The notes: generated by a model from the letters alone, not told the origin. Counted from the stretch's first letter, positions 47,959 through 58,920 are shown. The stretch is 64,000 bases of DNA from an uncultured delta proteobacterium (GCA_963794325.1 CAWCDG010000007.1:192001-256000); one strand, 5' to 3'. Numbers and translations: made by a program.

Positions 47959-50262
47959 ATGAGCCGTAAACCGCGCATCGAACCGTATCGCGAGCCCGGT
48001 GGAGGATGGGGCGCGACCATCGCGACCGGCAAGGTGCTCCTTGAGCAAAAGGTTTTGTTCAAAGGCGCCCGCGCCCTTTATCACATGAACAAGCCCGGCG
48101 GCTTCAAGTGCTCGAGTTGCGCGTGGCCCGATCCGTCGCCCGATAAGGCCGACCCTTTTGTGATTTGCGAGAACGGAGCCAAGGCCGTGGCATGGGAGAT
48201 CTCGGCAAAACGCGCGACTCCGGAATTCTTTGCCCAGCATTCAGTAACCGAACTAAGCCGCCAGTCTGACTACTGGCTCGAGCAGCAAGGCCGCATCACG
48301 CATCCTTTGGTGTACGACCCCGACACGGATCACTATGTACCTATCGAGTGGGATAAGGCCTTCGCCTTGATCGGAAAGGAACTCCGCAATTTGTCCGATC
48401 CCAAGCAGGCGGAGTTCTATACCTCCGGCCGGTCCAGCAACGAAGCTGCGTTCCTATACCAATTGTTCGCTCGAGAGTTCGGAACCAACAACTTTCCCGA
48501 CTGCTCCAACTTTTGCCACGAACCTAGCAGTCAGGGCCTGCCTCAATCGATCGGAGTTGGTAAAGGCACCTGCACTCTAGAGGACTTCAATCACGCCGAT
48601 CTTATTTTTGTTATCGGGCAGAACCCGGGAACCAACAGCCCGCGCATGATGACCGAGCTGCACAATGCGGCGCGCCGTGGCGCACAAATCGTCGTCCTCA
48701 ATCCGCTCCGCGAGCGGGCGCTCGAGCGTTTTCAGCAGCCGCAGAGCGTGCTCGAGATGGCGACGATGCGCTCGACACCTATCGCCACGCACTACTACCA
48801 GGTGAAGATCGGCGGTGATACTGCCGCGCTCAAAGGGATCATGAAGGCCGCCGTCGAGGCCGACGATCGCGCGATGCGCGAGGATCGACCTCGCGTCCTG
48901 GATGTCGAGTTCATCGAAGGTCACACCTACGATTTCGAAGCCTTTGCCGCCGATTTGAGGACCACACCGTGGGCCGCAATCGAGAAGCAGTCGGGACTCA
49001 CTCGCGACCAACTCACTGAGGCGGCCCAGGTGTATCTCAAGGCCAACAATGTAATGGCCTGCTTCGGCATGGGTATCACCCAACACTTTCGCGGAACTCA
49101 GAACGTGCAGCAGGTAGTCAACCTGCTGCTGCTGCGCGGGAACATCGGTAAACCCGGCGCCGGCGTCGTCCCGGTGCGCGGACACTCGAACGTGCAGGGC
49201 GATCGCACGGTAGGCATCACCGAGCGGCCCACCAGGGAATTCCTCGATCAGTTGCAGAAAGTCTTCGGTTTCAATCCGCCGCGTGATCACGGCCACGATG
49301 TAGTGCACGCGCTCGGCGCGATTATGCGTGGCGAGGCTAAGGCCTTCGTCAGCCTCGGCGGCAATTTCGTAGCTGCATCGCCGGATACTCCTTTGACAAT
49401 TGACGCGTTTCGCAAACTCGACCTGACAGTAAGTGTAGCAACGAAGCTGAATAGAACTCACCTTATACACGGTCGGGTCGCTTTGATATTGCCGTGCCTG
49501 GCCCGTTCCGAACTGGATCGTGCACCAGACGGCACGGTGCGCGCGGTCACAATCGAAGATTCGATGTCGGTAGTACAAGCGTCGCGTGGAATGATCGCAC
49601 CCGCTAGCCCTCATCTACGTTCGGAACCCTGGATTGTCGCGAGCATGGCGCGCGCAACGCTCGCCGATAAGTCAGTCGTTCCATGGGAGTGGATGGTCGA
49701 AGATTACTCTCGCATTCGAGACAAGATAGAAGCGGTCTTTCCGATCTTTCAGGCATTCAACGCGCGTATCAAAATACCCGGCGGCTTTCGACTGGCGAAT
49801 CCCGCGAGCGAGAGAATCTGGATGACCCCGACCGGTAAGGCGAACTTCATCGTATTCCCGGGACTCGATGAGGACCTGCATCAAAACAACCCGGACGTCC
49901 TTTGGCTCAGCACTATTCGCAGCCACGATCAGTACAACTCGACCATCTACAGCAATAACGACCGTTATCGCGGCATATACAACCAGCGCGACGTGCTGTT
50001 CCTTAACGACAACGAGATAAAAAGGCGCGGCCTGTCGGCAGAGGCTCGCGTCGATATACACACGATGTCCTCGGACGGAATCGATCGCGTCGTCCACGGT
50101 CTCAAAATAGTTCCCTATAACATCCCCGACGGTAGTTGCGCGGCCTACTACCCCGAGACCAACCCACTGCTCCCGTTGAGTCTCCACGACCCCATCTCCG
50201 GCACCCCAAGCGCAAAAGGAATCCCAGTCGTGCTCAAGCCGGTCTCGGCAACAAAGTCTTAA
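47959..50262 (+). CDS. FdhF/YdeP family molybdopterin oxidoreductase
   Basis: GGWG, NKPGGFKCSSCAWPD, CENGAKA, YTSGR.SNEAA, NNFPDCSN.CHE, RGHSNVQGDRT, RSHDQYN. Confidence 0.93.
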   Translation: MSRKPRIEPYREPGGGWGATIATGKVLLEQKVLFKGARALYHMNKPGGFKCSSCAWPDPSPDKADPFVICENGAKAVAWEISAKRATPEFFAQHSVTELSRQSDYWLEQQGRITHPLVYDPDTDHYVPIEWDKAFALIGKELRNLSDPKQAEFYTSGRSSNEAAFLYQLFAREFGTNNFPDCSNFCHEPSSQGLPQSIGVGKGTCTLEDFNHADLIFVIGQNPGTNSPRMMTELHNAARRGAQIVVLNPLRERALERFQQPQSVLEMATMRSTPIATHYYQVKIGGDTAALKGIMKAAVEADDRAMREDRPRVLDVEFIEGHTYDFEAFAADLRTTPWAAIEKQSGLTRDQLTEAAQVYLKANNVMACFGMGITQHFRGTQNVQQVVNLLLLRGNIGKPGAGVVPVRGHSNVQGDRTVGITERPTREFLDQLQKVFGFNPPRDHGHDVVHALGAIMRGEAKAFVSLGGNFVAASPDTPLTIDAFRKLDLTVSVATKLNRTHLIHGRVALILPCLARSELDRAPDGTVRAVTIEDSMSVVQASRGMIAPASPHLRSEPWIVASMARATLADKSVVPWEWMVEDYSRIRDKIEAVFPIFQAFNARIKIPGGFRLANPASERIWMTPTGKANFIVFPGLDEDLHQNNPDVLWLSTIRSHDQYNSTIYSNNDRYRGIYNQRDVLFLNDNEIKRRGLSAEARVDIHTMSSDGIDRVVHGLKIVPYNIPDGSCAAYYPETNPLLPLSLHDPISGTPSAKGIPVVLKPVSATKS

Positions 50263-50279
50263 GCGTAGGCTGGCTGCTC

Positions 50280-50317
50280 TTCCCCTCTCCCATCGGGAGA
50301 GGATTTAAGGAGAGGGA
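50280..50317 (-). repeat. Degenerate family A/C-type repeat
   Basis: CCTCTCCC-ATC-GGGAGAGG hairpin followed by ATTTAAGGAGAGGG. Confidence 0.65.
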
Positions 50318-50522
50318 CCTTGTCCAGCGCGCTATTTTGCGCGCGATTCAAGATTCTGCTCCCGTCCTGATTCCGACCGCCGTGCGGCTTCCGCGGGCGC
50401 AATTTTCTGGTAGTGTTCAGTTCGCAGTAACACTCAACAAGGCTGGTCGAGCGAGCCCTTCGGTCCAATCGACAGTGACCAAGGGCCGCCGACCTACGAT
50501 GGAGCCTACCAAGGAGGCCACC

Positions 50523-51761
50523 ATGCAAATGAACGTGAAACCAATCCCTACGCTTGACGCCCGGATCAACGATATCCGTGCGCTCACCGCGCAAATCGTC
50601 AACCACGATATTCTGCCCAACGAGCGCAAGCTCTGGGCGGGATGGCGCGAGACGTCGACCAAGGAAGAGCGGGGCGCCTCGCGCGATCTGCGCGACTCGA
50701 TCAAGGCGAAGGTCAAGAAGGCCGGCCTCTGGGCGCCGCATCTTCCGCCCGCCTACGGCGGCAGTGGCCTCGGCTTCCTCGAGCATGCGTACATGAACGA
50801 GGTGCTCGCCTACAGCATGGGAGCGGCGGCGCTGTTCGGCGTGGTCGCGCCCAACTCGGGCAATCAGTCGATCCTCCTCAAGTACGGCACCGAGGAACAG
50901 AAAAAGAAGTGGCTGGTGCCGCTCACCGAGGGCAAGATGGAATCCGGCTTCTCGATGACGGAGCCCGACTCGGCCGGCTCTGATCCGCGCTCGATCAAAA
51001 CCACCGCGGTCCGCGATGGCGACCAGTGGGTGATCAATGGGCACAAATGGTTCACCTCGAACGGTTTTCGCGCCGACTTTTTCATCGTCATGTGCCGCAC
51101 CGGCGGGAGCGGCACCGACAACGGCCGCATGACGCAAATAATCGTGCCCAAGGAGACGCCGGGCCTGCGCATCGTGCGCGGCGTCGAGGTCTGGGGACGG
51201 CCGAGCGATCACTGCGAGATCGTGTACGACGACGTGCGCGTACCGCTCAGTAACCAGCTCGGACAGGCGGGCACCGGCCATCAAGCGGCGCAGGATCGCC
51301 TCGGCGCGGGCCGCGTCTATCACTGCATGAACTCGGTCGGCCAGATGTGGCGGGCCTTCGACCTGATGGTCGAGCGCGCCACGATGCGCGAGGTGCACGG
51401 CGGCAAACTCGAGACCAAGCAGTTCATCCAGGGCTTTATCGCCGACTCTTACATCGACCTCCAGGCCGCGCGCTTGATGACGATCCACTGCGCCGAAAAG
51501 ATGGATGGCGGCGGCGATCCGCGCACGGACATCTCGGCGATCAAGATTTTCGTCCCGGCGGCCTACACCCGAGTCGTGGATCGCGCGATACAAGTGTGGG
51601 GCGCGGCCGGCGTCTCAGGCGACCTGCCGCTGGCCGGCATGTACCAGGGCGCCCGCACGCTGCGCCTCGCCGACGGCCCCGACGAGGTCCACAAAATCCT
51701 GATCGCGAAAAACATCCTGGCCCGCTACCACAACGGCGAAAGCTGGGACTTCGGCAACTGA
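50523..51761 (+). CDS. Acyl-CoA dehydrogenase
   Basis: GLWAP, APNSGN, FSMTEPDSAGSD, INGHKWF, QDRLGAGR..H, DRAIQVWG..G, RLADGPDEVH; AAGGAGG SD. Confidence 0.93.
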   Translation: MQMNVKPIPTLDARINDIRALTAQIVNHDILPNERKLWAGWRETSTKEERGASRDLRDSIKAKVKKAGLWAPHLPPAYGGSGLGFLEHAYMNEVLAYSMGAAALFGVVAPNSGNQSILLKYGTEEQKKKWLVPLTEGKMESGFSMTEPDSAGSDPRSIKTTAVRDGDQWVINGHKWFTSNGFRADFFIVMCRTGGSGTDNGRMTQIIVPKETPGLRIVRGVEVWGRPSDHCEIVYDDVRVPLSNQLGQAGTGHQAAQDRLGAGRVYHCMNSVGQMWRAFDLMVERATMREVHGGKLETKQFIQGFIADSYIDLQAARLMTIHCAEKMDGGGDPRTDISAIKIFVPAAYTRVVDRAIQVWGAAGVSGDLPLAGMYQGARTLRLADGPDEVHKILIAKNILARYHNGESWDFGN

Positions 51762-51776
51762 CCGCGGGCGACGACA

Positions 51777-52238
51777 TTGAAGATCAAAACAAGCGTCGGG
51801 GCAGTCGTAGCATCGGCGGCGCTCTTGTTCATCGTGATGCGCGCGGCAGGAGCCACCAGCGTCCCGGTTCCGGGATGGGATCCAAACGCGTTCAACGATC
51901 AGAGCACGCTACAGATCATGACGACCGCACCCGACGAGGGCGATCATTGGTCAAAGCTCTGGCTGGTCGTAATCGACGGGCAGTTGTACGTGCGGCTGGG
52001 CGACCGATCGTTCGGAAGGATTCAGAAAAATACCTCGAGTCCCTACGTCAAGGTGAAGGTTGCGGACAAGGAGTTCGACAAGGTCCGCTTGGAGCCGGCG
52101 CTTGATATGAAGGACAAGGTCGCGGCCGCGATGGCCGACAAATACTTCATGGACATTCTGATTCGCCACGAGTCGCATCCGATGACGGCGCGCCTCGTCG
52201 CAGAGCCAACCCCAGCGCCAAGCGCAACGAGCAAGTAG
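51777..52238 (+). CDS. Secreted protein, DUF2255-like split-barrel fold
   Basis: Signal peptide; LWLVVIDGQLYVR and AMADKY motifs. Confidence 0.55.
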   Translation: MKIKTSVGAVVASAALLFIVMRAAGATSVPVPGWDPNAFNDQSTLQIMTTAPDEGDHWSKLWLVVIDGQLYVRLGDRSFGRIQKNTSSPYVKVKVADKEFDKVRLEPALDMKDKVAAAMADKYFMDILIRHESHPMTARLVAEPTPAPSATSK

Positions 52239-52281
52239 GTTTGTTGCCACACTCATCTGCGCGACTAGTTCCTCTCCGCCA

Positions 52282-52323
52282 CCGGTTCCCCTTCCCGCGC
52301 GGGAAGGGGTTAGGGGTTAGGTT
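52282..52323 (-). repeat. Repeat family A
   Basis: CCGGTTCCCCTTCCCGCGCGGGAAGGGGTTAGGGGTTAGGTT. Confidence 0.92.
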
Positions 52324-52368
52324 CTTCAATGCCTCACAGTTACTTATTCAGGTTTGTAAACCGAACCA

Positions 52369-53578
52369 GTGCCGGGTGGCCGACTAGTGCACGCTGAAGG
52401 CAAGGTGGAGCCCGGTTTCGAAGCAGTCCGCGACGCATTCGCCGAGGCACAAGCTCAGGACGAAGGCGGCGCGCAGTTGTGCGTCTATCAGCATGGCAAG
52501 CGAGTGATCGATCTGTGGGCGGGAACCGACAAGCTCAATCGCCGTCCCTATACCGCCGATACGATCACGATTTTGATGTCGTGTACCAAGGCGGTCACCG
52601 CCGTTTGCGTGCACATGCTCGCCGAGCGCGGACTGATCGACTATGACGCGCCGGTCGCGCGCTATTGGCCGGAGTTCGCGGCGCAAAGACAAAGGCGCAA
52701 TCACGGTTCGCGATATCCTCGCGCATCGAGCAGGCCTGATGGGCTTCAACGAAGAAGACGAAATATTCGGGCCCAATCTGTTCGACTGGAACCGATGCAC
52801 CGCGGCGCTCGCGAACATGGAGCCGTGGTGGAAGCCTGGTTCGGCCTACTTCTATCACGCGTTGACCTTTGGCTATCTGGCCGGCGAGATCGTGCGCCGC
52901 GTCTCCGGAAAAACCGTCGGCGCATTTGTCGAAGCGGAAATCGCCGGGCCGCTCAAGCTTGACCTGTGGATCGGCCTTCCCGCCGACCGGGAGCATCGCG
53001 TCGCACCGCACATCGTTCCCGCCAAGCAGCTGAGCGACGAGCAACTGCGCGCGGTCTTCTCCGGCTTGGGCTTGGACATGAACTCACGCCCGGCGCGCGC
53101 AGCCTTTGCCATGGCGACAACCACAGCCGAGGGTCTGAATCTAATAAACACGCGCGAGGCTCACGCCGCACAGTTGCCTTTCGGCAACGGCATCGCGAAT
53201 GCGCGCGCTCTCGCGAAGATGTATGCCGCGCTTATCGGTGAGATCGACGGCGTCCGCCTGCTGACCCGCGAGACTATTGAGCGTGTGCGCGAGTCGCAGA
53301 ACGAAAACATCGGAGCGCCCGCCTCGCTGAAGCCGCTGGCGGGTTCGGGGCCGCAGAGATTTGGCCTGGGTTTCGAGTTGCCGCGTGCGATCGAACCGAT
53401 GCTCGGTGCTGGCTGCTTCGGTCACGGAGGTGCGGGCGGCCGGATGGCGTTCGCGCATCCTGAATCCGGCATCGCGGTGGCCTACGTCTGCAACAGCATG
53501 TTGTGGGACGGCTTCAGCGGTCCCGACCAACGATGGCTCGGATGGACCAAGGCATTGCGCGACGTGCTCGGTATCTGA
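52369..53578 (+). CDS. Serine hydrolase, beta-lactamase class C / EstB-like esterase (frameshift near 52684)
   Basis: SCTK, VARYWPEF / LAHRAGL, YHALTFG, FGHGGAGG. Confidence 0.88.
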
Positions 53579-53597
53579 GAAAGCTATCTTCCATTCG

Positions 53598-54708
53598 ATG
53601 TCAAAACTCTCACGAAGACTGATTGTGGCAGCGGCCGCTGTTGCGGCGCTTGTCGCGATTGCGTGGTGGATGATTCATGTGCCGGCGGTGCAGGACGCGA
53701 TTTTCCGCCGCGTGATTGCCCGCACTCTCGCGTCGACTCGCAACGACTTGCTCGAGCCCGACGCGCTCCGAGTCCTGTTGTGCGGCACCGGGAATCCGCT
53801 GGCCGATCGCGAGCGCGCCGCTGCGTGCACCGCAATCTTCGCCGGCGGCAATATCTACCTGGTCGATATCGGCCCGGGCGCGTGGAAGAACCTGGCGCTG
53901 TGGCACATTCCCGCCCCGAAAGTCGCCGCGGTTATGCTCACTCACTTTCATTCCGATCACATCGGCGACCTCGGCGAGCTCAATATCGAGACGTGGGCCA
54001 ATGGACGCGACCATCCACTGCGTGTCTACGGACCGGTCGGCGTCGACCAGGTGGTGAACGGATTCGCGCAGGCCTACTCGCTCGATGAAGGCTATCGCAT
54101 CGCGCATCACGGCACTGCCTTGATGTCCCCCGAGCACTGGCAGATGCAGCCGCTCGCCGTGAAAATCGACACTCCGGCCGGCGCGTCGCCATGCGCAGGC
54201 GGTTCCGCGACTGTGCTCGAAGAGAACGGACTCAAGGTCACCGCATTCACCGTCGATCACGCGCCGGTCGCGCCCGCTTACGGCTATCGATTTGATTACA
54301 AGGGCCGCTCGGTCGTCGTCAGCGGCGACACCAAACCGTGCGCCAATCTGGTCGCGGTCTCCAAGGGCGCTGACGTACTGGTCCACGAAGCGCAGGCCGC
54401 GCATCTGGTCAAGCTGATCCAGGATGAGGCCGAGCGCATCGGCAATGCGCGCGTCGCGAAAATCATGTCCGACATTCGCCGCTACCACACGACGCCGGTC
54501 GAGGCTGCGACTGAGGCGAACGAGGCTGGAGTACAGTTGCTGGTGCTAAGCCACATCGGTCCGCCGACGCCCAACGCGCTCGCGCGAATCGCATTCATGC
54601 GCAGCTGTCGCGGACGTCCGGCCGCGCGGCGTAATCCTCGGCTACGACGGATTGCTGCTAACGATGCCGGCCGGCTCGAAAGAAATCGAAACCTCGACGG
54701 TCCGCTGA
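53598..54708 (+). CDS. Membrane-anchored RNase Z / AtsA-like MBL-fold hydrolase (frameshift near 54600)
   Basis: N-terminal TM helix; LCGTG.P, THFHSDHI, SGDT, LVHEA, YHT, LSH; likely true C-terminus GYDG...STVR* is in the shifted frame. Confidence 0.82.
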
Positions 54709-54718
54709 CAGTTTCAAC

Positions 54719-55996
54719 TCACGCGGGCTTGAGCTTGTACTTTATCGGCATGTGCTTGACGCCGCCGACAAAGCTCGATCGCAGGCGCTCGACCGGTCCC
54801 GCCAATTCCGCGTGCTCGAGTCGTTTCGCCAGCTCTCTGAAGATTACCGCCAGTTCCAGCCGCGCCAGATTCGATCCGAGACAGAAATGCTCCCCGATGC
54901 CGAATGACAGATGAGGATTCGGATTGCGCCCGATGTCGAACTTGAACGGCTCGTCGAATACGTCCTCGTCGCGGCTGGCCGACGGGTAGAACAAACACAC
55001 CGACTCGCCCGCGCGAATCTTCTGTCCGCGCACGACGGTGTCGCTCGTTGCGGTGCGTGCAAACTGTATCACCGGCGAAGTCCAACGCACGATTTCCTCG
55101 ACCGCGGATCTGATCAACGTCGGATCGGACTTGAGCCGCCGGAATTGTTCGGGGTGTTCGATGAACGCGAGCAGACCGCCGCTGGTTGCGTTGCGCGTGG
55201 TCTCGTTGCCCGCCACCACCAGCAGCAACAGGTACGAAAGGAGTTCCAGCGCAGGCAGCGGCTCGCCGTTCACCTTCGCATTCGAGATGATACTGGTGAC
55301 GTCGCCGCGCGGATGCTTGCGGCTCTCCTCGACCAGGTCGGTGAAGTACTGGAACATTTCCAGGCGCGCTTGCGCGAAGGTCTCATTCGCATCCTTGCCG
55401 CGCTGAAATTCAGGATCGCCGCCGCCGATGATTTCATTGGTCCAGCGAAACATGGTCGGCCAGTCCTTGCGCGGCACGCCAAGCATCTCGGCGATGACCG
55501 CGATCGGCACCTTGCACGAAATCTCGGTGACGAAGTCGCATTCTCCGCGATCCATCACGTCGTCGAGCAACTGATTGGTGATATTCGCGATCTCCGGCTC
55601 GAGCGCGCGAATCGATCGCGGCGTGAAGTACTGGCTCAGGATCGATCGGAACTCGCCATGCTCCGGCGGATCCATATTAAGCAGATGCTTGAGCGGCAGC
55701 TCGGGCGGAGGTCCCTCCGCGCCCTCATCGAGCGGGAACACCGCGAGCCGCGGGCCGTTGAGCCACAACCGCGGCTGACAACTGATCTCTCTGAGGTCGG
55801 AGGCCTTGGTAATAGCCCAAAACGGATCGACTCGCGGCCGCTCGACGTAAAACACCGGATGGTGCTTGCGCAGGAACGTCCACTCCGCGTGCGGATACCC
55901 GTTTTTCTGGTAATGGTCGGGACTGATGATATCAATCGTGTCGAGCGGGAATTCGGGCGCGCTCTCGACGCGATCGTTTGCGGCTTGGGGTTCCAT
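54719..55996 (-). CDS. Cytochrome P450 (CYP124/125/142-like)
   Basis: MDPPEH, AGNETT, EEIVR (ExxR), FGIGEHFCLG heme-binding motif. Confidence 0.95.
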   Translation of the reverse strand: MEPQAANDRVESAPEFPLDTIDIISPDHYQKNGYPHAEWTFLRKHHPVFYVERPRVDPFWAITKASDLREISCQPRLWLNGPRLAVFPLDEGAEGPPPELPLKHLLNMDPPEHGEFRSILSQYFTPRSIRALEPEIANITNQLLDDVMDRGECDFVTEISCKVPIAVIAEMLGVPRKDWPTMFRWTNEIIGGGDPEFQRGKDANETFAQARLEMFQYFTDLVEESRKHPRGDVTSIISNAKVNGEPLPALELLSYLLLLVVAGNETTRNATSGGLLAFIEHPEQFRRLKSDPTLIRSAVEEIVRWTSPVIQFARTATSDTVVRGQKIRAGESVCLFYPSASRDEDVFDEPFKFDIGRNPNPHLSFGIGEHFCLGSNLARLELAVIFRELAKRLEHAELAGPVERLRSSFVGGVKHMPIKYKLKPA

Positions 55997-56018
55997 CGAT
56001 CTCTCCTATGTTCGAGAA

Positions 56019-56537
56019 CTAGGCGAACAGCATCTTTCTCAGCGCCGGCAACAGGCGCATTTCCTCACTGTCGATCAAATCGTCCAGCTTGACCGCGAGC
56101 GCACACAGAGCCTTGCCGGCCGCAGAGACAACTTTGTCTGGATCCTCTTCGAACGATACGCCGATCAGCTTGCCAATCAAGGAGCGCATCTCGCGATGGC
56201 TCTTCTTGATTCGGTTCACGACCTCGGGCGACAGGCCGCCCGCCCCCTTCGCCGCCCATGGCAACACGGTCTCATCTTCGCTGAGCAGATGCTGATTGAG
56301 TTGCGGCTTGAGCGTTTCCCAGCAGCGCTGCGCCTGCGCGCGCATCTCGCGATCCGCCGGCTTGAATCCAAGGATAACCCCGGCCACCGCCGCGTCGAGC
56401 AGCGGTATCCCGAGACTGAATTCCTCGCGGCTCAGTTCTTCCGTGATATTCCGGATCTTGCGGTTGTCGGTGCGCTTTGCCGCGCGGATCGACGACGACT
56501 TTTTGACGGCGCTCATATTGGTCTTCATAGTACTCAC
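56019..56537 (-). CDS. Degenerate hemerythrin-like (HHE) four-helix protein
   Basis: HLLSEDETVLP, SHREM and IDSEEMRLLP repeats; first and last canonical His missing. Confidence 0.6.
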   Translation of the reverse strand: MSTMKTNMSAVKKSSSIRAAKRTDNRKIRNITEELSREEFSLGIPLLDAAVAGVILGFKPADREMRAQAQRCWETLKPQLNQHLLSEDETVLPWAAKGAGGLSPEVVNRIKKSHREMRSLIGKLIGVSFEEDPDKVVSAAGKALCALAVKLDDLIDSEEMRLLPALRKMLFA

Positions 56538-56965
56538 CAGTAGTTCGCTTCAATCTTCGATGCGGGGAACGCTGCTTCAACGACGACTCCGCCATTCCAA
56601 TTCATTGTTCGTGCCTGAACCTCGCGAGCGATTTCGCCGCCGAGATCATGTGGAATTAGAGCGGACAATCCAGGATTTGCATCCTTTGGACACAGTTATC
56701 TGATGCCCTTGGCAACACAAGGTCGCAGTTCGAAGCGCCGTACGCGTTACCCGATCTCTGGACCGCAAACCTCCATTTCCGTTCTGCAAGGAACATTTCT
56801 GCTAAATCGTCCTGGATTCAGTCGCGATGGAACTTCCGATGACTTGCCTGTTCTGCGAGAAGTTTCTCGGCAGGCGCCATCGATGGTCGGGGACAGTTTG
56901 TTTCACCAGCAGCGGTAGCGAACGCGAGTCTCGGGCATTGGCAGGCACCAGGGAGTTGGTCCCTA

Positions 56966-56981
56966 GGGCACAAATGTTGCT
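56966..56981 (+). promoter_or_regulatory. Candidate sigma54 (-24/-12) promoter
   Basis: GGGCAC-AAATG-TTGCT with correct GG-N10-GC spacing, ~45 nt before the porin start; long upstream intergenic region. Confidence 0.6.
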
Positions 56982-57026
56982 CTCAGACTAATGCGCCGGA
57001 CGCTTCGGCGCTGATCGGGGGAAGCT

Positions 57027-58586
57027 ATGCGGACAAGACGAATTATCGCGGGGCTGTTCTGTACTCTCGGTATGACATTGACGCTCGCGGGCTTGGCGCG
57101 CGCCGCTGACAGCGACGCCACCGACGCCGCTGCGCTCAAGGAAATCCGGGCCGAGATGCGCCAACTGCGCGAGGAGCGCAAACATGACCGCGCGGAGATT
57201 CGCTCGCTCGAGGGCAAGGTTCAACAACTCGAGTCGAAGGATTCGAAAGTCGAAGCCACCACTCAGCAGCTGCAGAGCACCGACCAGAAGCTCAAAGAGA
57301 CCACGCTCGAGCTTCAGCAGACCAATCAGCAAGTGAAGACCTTGCAGACCAAGGTCGACGCGCCAATCCCGCCGGCGCAGTTCACTAACGTTGTCGATCG
57401 CTACCTCGGATCGCACACCTTCACCGTAACCGGCGCGGCGGGCGGTCAATTCATCTTCGACCAGCAGAGCGGCGCGCTCGACAATCTCCATCACGCGTCG
57501 CAGAACTCGTTCTTCTTCGATTGGGAACCGATGATCCTCTACCGCCCGGCGGACTGGATCCTGTTCCAGGGAGTATTCAGCGCCGGATTTGGAGCGACCG
57601 GGACGGGAACCGATCTGTCAACGGCTGATTTCCAGATTTTTCTCAACGACTACATGACGGTCGAAGCCGGCCTTTTCGATCAGCCCTTCGGCGACTGGTA
57701 CGAGACCCAGAGCCCGATGTGGGTGAATCGGTTTGTCACTGCGCCACTGCCGTTTGGAGTAGAACCGGTTGTCCCACCGGGAGAGCTTGGAATCCAGCTT
57801 CGCGGCGGTATGCAATTCGGAGCGCTCGGCCAGGATTTCGATTGGACGGTCTGGGGCGGCAACGGACCGAATTTCAGCTCGAACGTCCTCGGCGCAGCGA
57901 TGTCGAGTCCGACCGCCGTCGCGTTCAGCCAGACCAACGGCAAGTCGATCGGCGCGCGCTTTCGAGTCTACCCGCTACCGGTTGATACGAAGTGGGGACG
58001 GCTCGAGCTCGGCGCGTCCACCTACAACGGCAAGTGGAACAACGGAGATTGGTTCAACTCGTGGGGCGTGGATTTCAATTACTTCGTCGGCAACCTGCAG
58101 ACCCGCGGCGAGTGGCTGTCATCGTATCGCCAGATGCCGATGGGGCAGGCGTCCGACAATCGACAGGGATGGTACGTGCAGGCCGGTTACTTCCTGAGCG
58201 GGGTTAAAGTCCCCGGCCTTCCCGACGTGATCAACAATTACCTCCGTCGATTCGAGCCGCTGGTGCGTTACTCGGGAGTAAACCAGCGCGGCGTTTCGAC
58301 CGACGACATCCAGGGCGCAACCGGCGTTGGGCTGGGCGGCACCCAGGTGGGACTGGTCCCCGATTTCGGCATCAACGGGTCGCCGGCCACCTACGCGCCG
58401 CACTCGCGCGAGGTGGCATTGGCCCTCGACTACTGGATCGCGCCGTCGATCGTCTGGCAGAACGAATTCGACATCGAGCTGCCACGCGCAGGAGGAGTAT
58501 TCGTCTCCCCAACCGGAGCCCAGACGGCGGTCGGCTCGGTCCCCAACGATCACGCGTTCCTCAGCCAATTCACGATCGGATTCTGA
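57027..58586 (+). CDS. Outer-membrane beta-barrel porin with N-terminal coiled coil
   Basis: Signal peptide (ARA), heptad coiled coil, G.F..PFG, GWYVQAGY, amphipathic strands, terminal QFTIGF beta-signal. Confidence 0.8.
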   Translation: MRTRRIIAGLFCTLGMTLTLAGLARAADSDATDAAALKEIRAEMRQLREERKHDRAEIRSLEGKVQQLESKDSKVEATTQQLQSTDQKLKETTLELQQTNQQVKTLQTKVDAPIPPAQFTNVVDRYLGSHTFTVTGAAGGQFIFDQQSGALDNLHHASQNSFFFDWEPMILYRPADWILFQGVFSAGFGATGTGTDLSTADFQIFLNDYMTVEAGLFDQPFGDWYETQSPMWVNRFVTAPLPFGVEPVVPPGELGIQLRGGMQFGALGQDFDWTVWGGNGPNFSSNVLGAAMSSPTAVAFSQTNGKSIGARFRVYPLPVDTKWGRLELGASTYNGKWNNGDWFNSWGVDFNYFVGNLQTRGEWLSSYRQMPMGQASDNRQGWYVQAGYFLSGVKVPGLPDVINNYLRRFEPLVRYSGVNQRGVSTDDIQGATGVGLGGTQVGLVPDFGINGSPATYAPHSREVALALDYWIAPSIVWQNEFDIELPRAGGVFVSPTGAQTAVGSVPNDHAFLSQFTIGF

Positions 58587-58591
58587 GGGGG

Positions 58592-58882
58592 ATGATCATG
58601 AGAAAAATACTTGCAACAATATTGCTGGCAACAATTGCGATCGGATGGAGTGGGACTTCAGCTCGGGCGCAGCAGGATGAGATGACGCCGGCTGAGCACA
58701 AGCGCCTGTTCCGTGAAGGTGCCAAGCTGTGGCCGGTTTACTGCAACACCTGTCATAACGCGCGGCCGGGCTCCGAGAAGGCGCCTTATGAGTGGGATCA
58801 GATCATGATGCACATGCGGACGCTCGGGAACTTCCCGCCCGAGGACGCCAAAGCGATTTTGGAATACCTCAAGGCCCGCTGA
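58592..58882 (+). CDS. Small periplasmic monoheme c-type cytochrome
   Basis: Signal peptide, CNTCH, W..IMMHM distal-ligand region. Confidence 0.85.
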   Translation: MIMRKILATILLATIAIGWSGTSARAQQDEMTPAEHKRLFREGAKLWPVYCNTCHNARPGSEKAPYEWDQIMMHMRTLGNFPPEDAKAILEYLKAR

Positions 58883-58920
58883 TCAGGCTTGGGTTGCGCA
58901 ACAATGAAACGGAGGACGAT

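Noticed and set aside
56709-56728. TTGGCAACACAAGGTCGC as a second sigma54 promoter
   Set aside because: The GG-to-GC spacing is 12 nt rather than the required 10.
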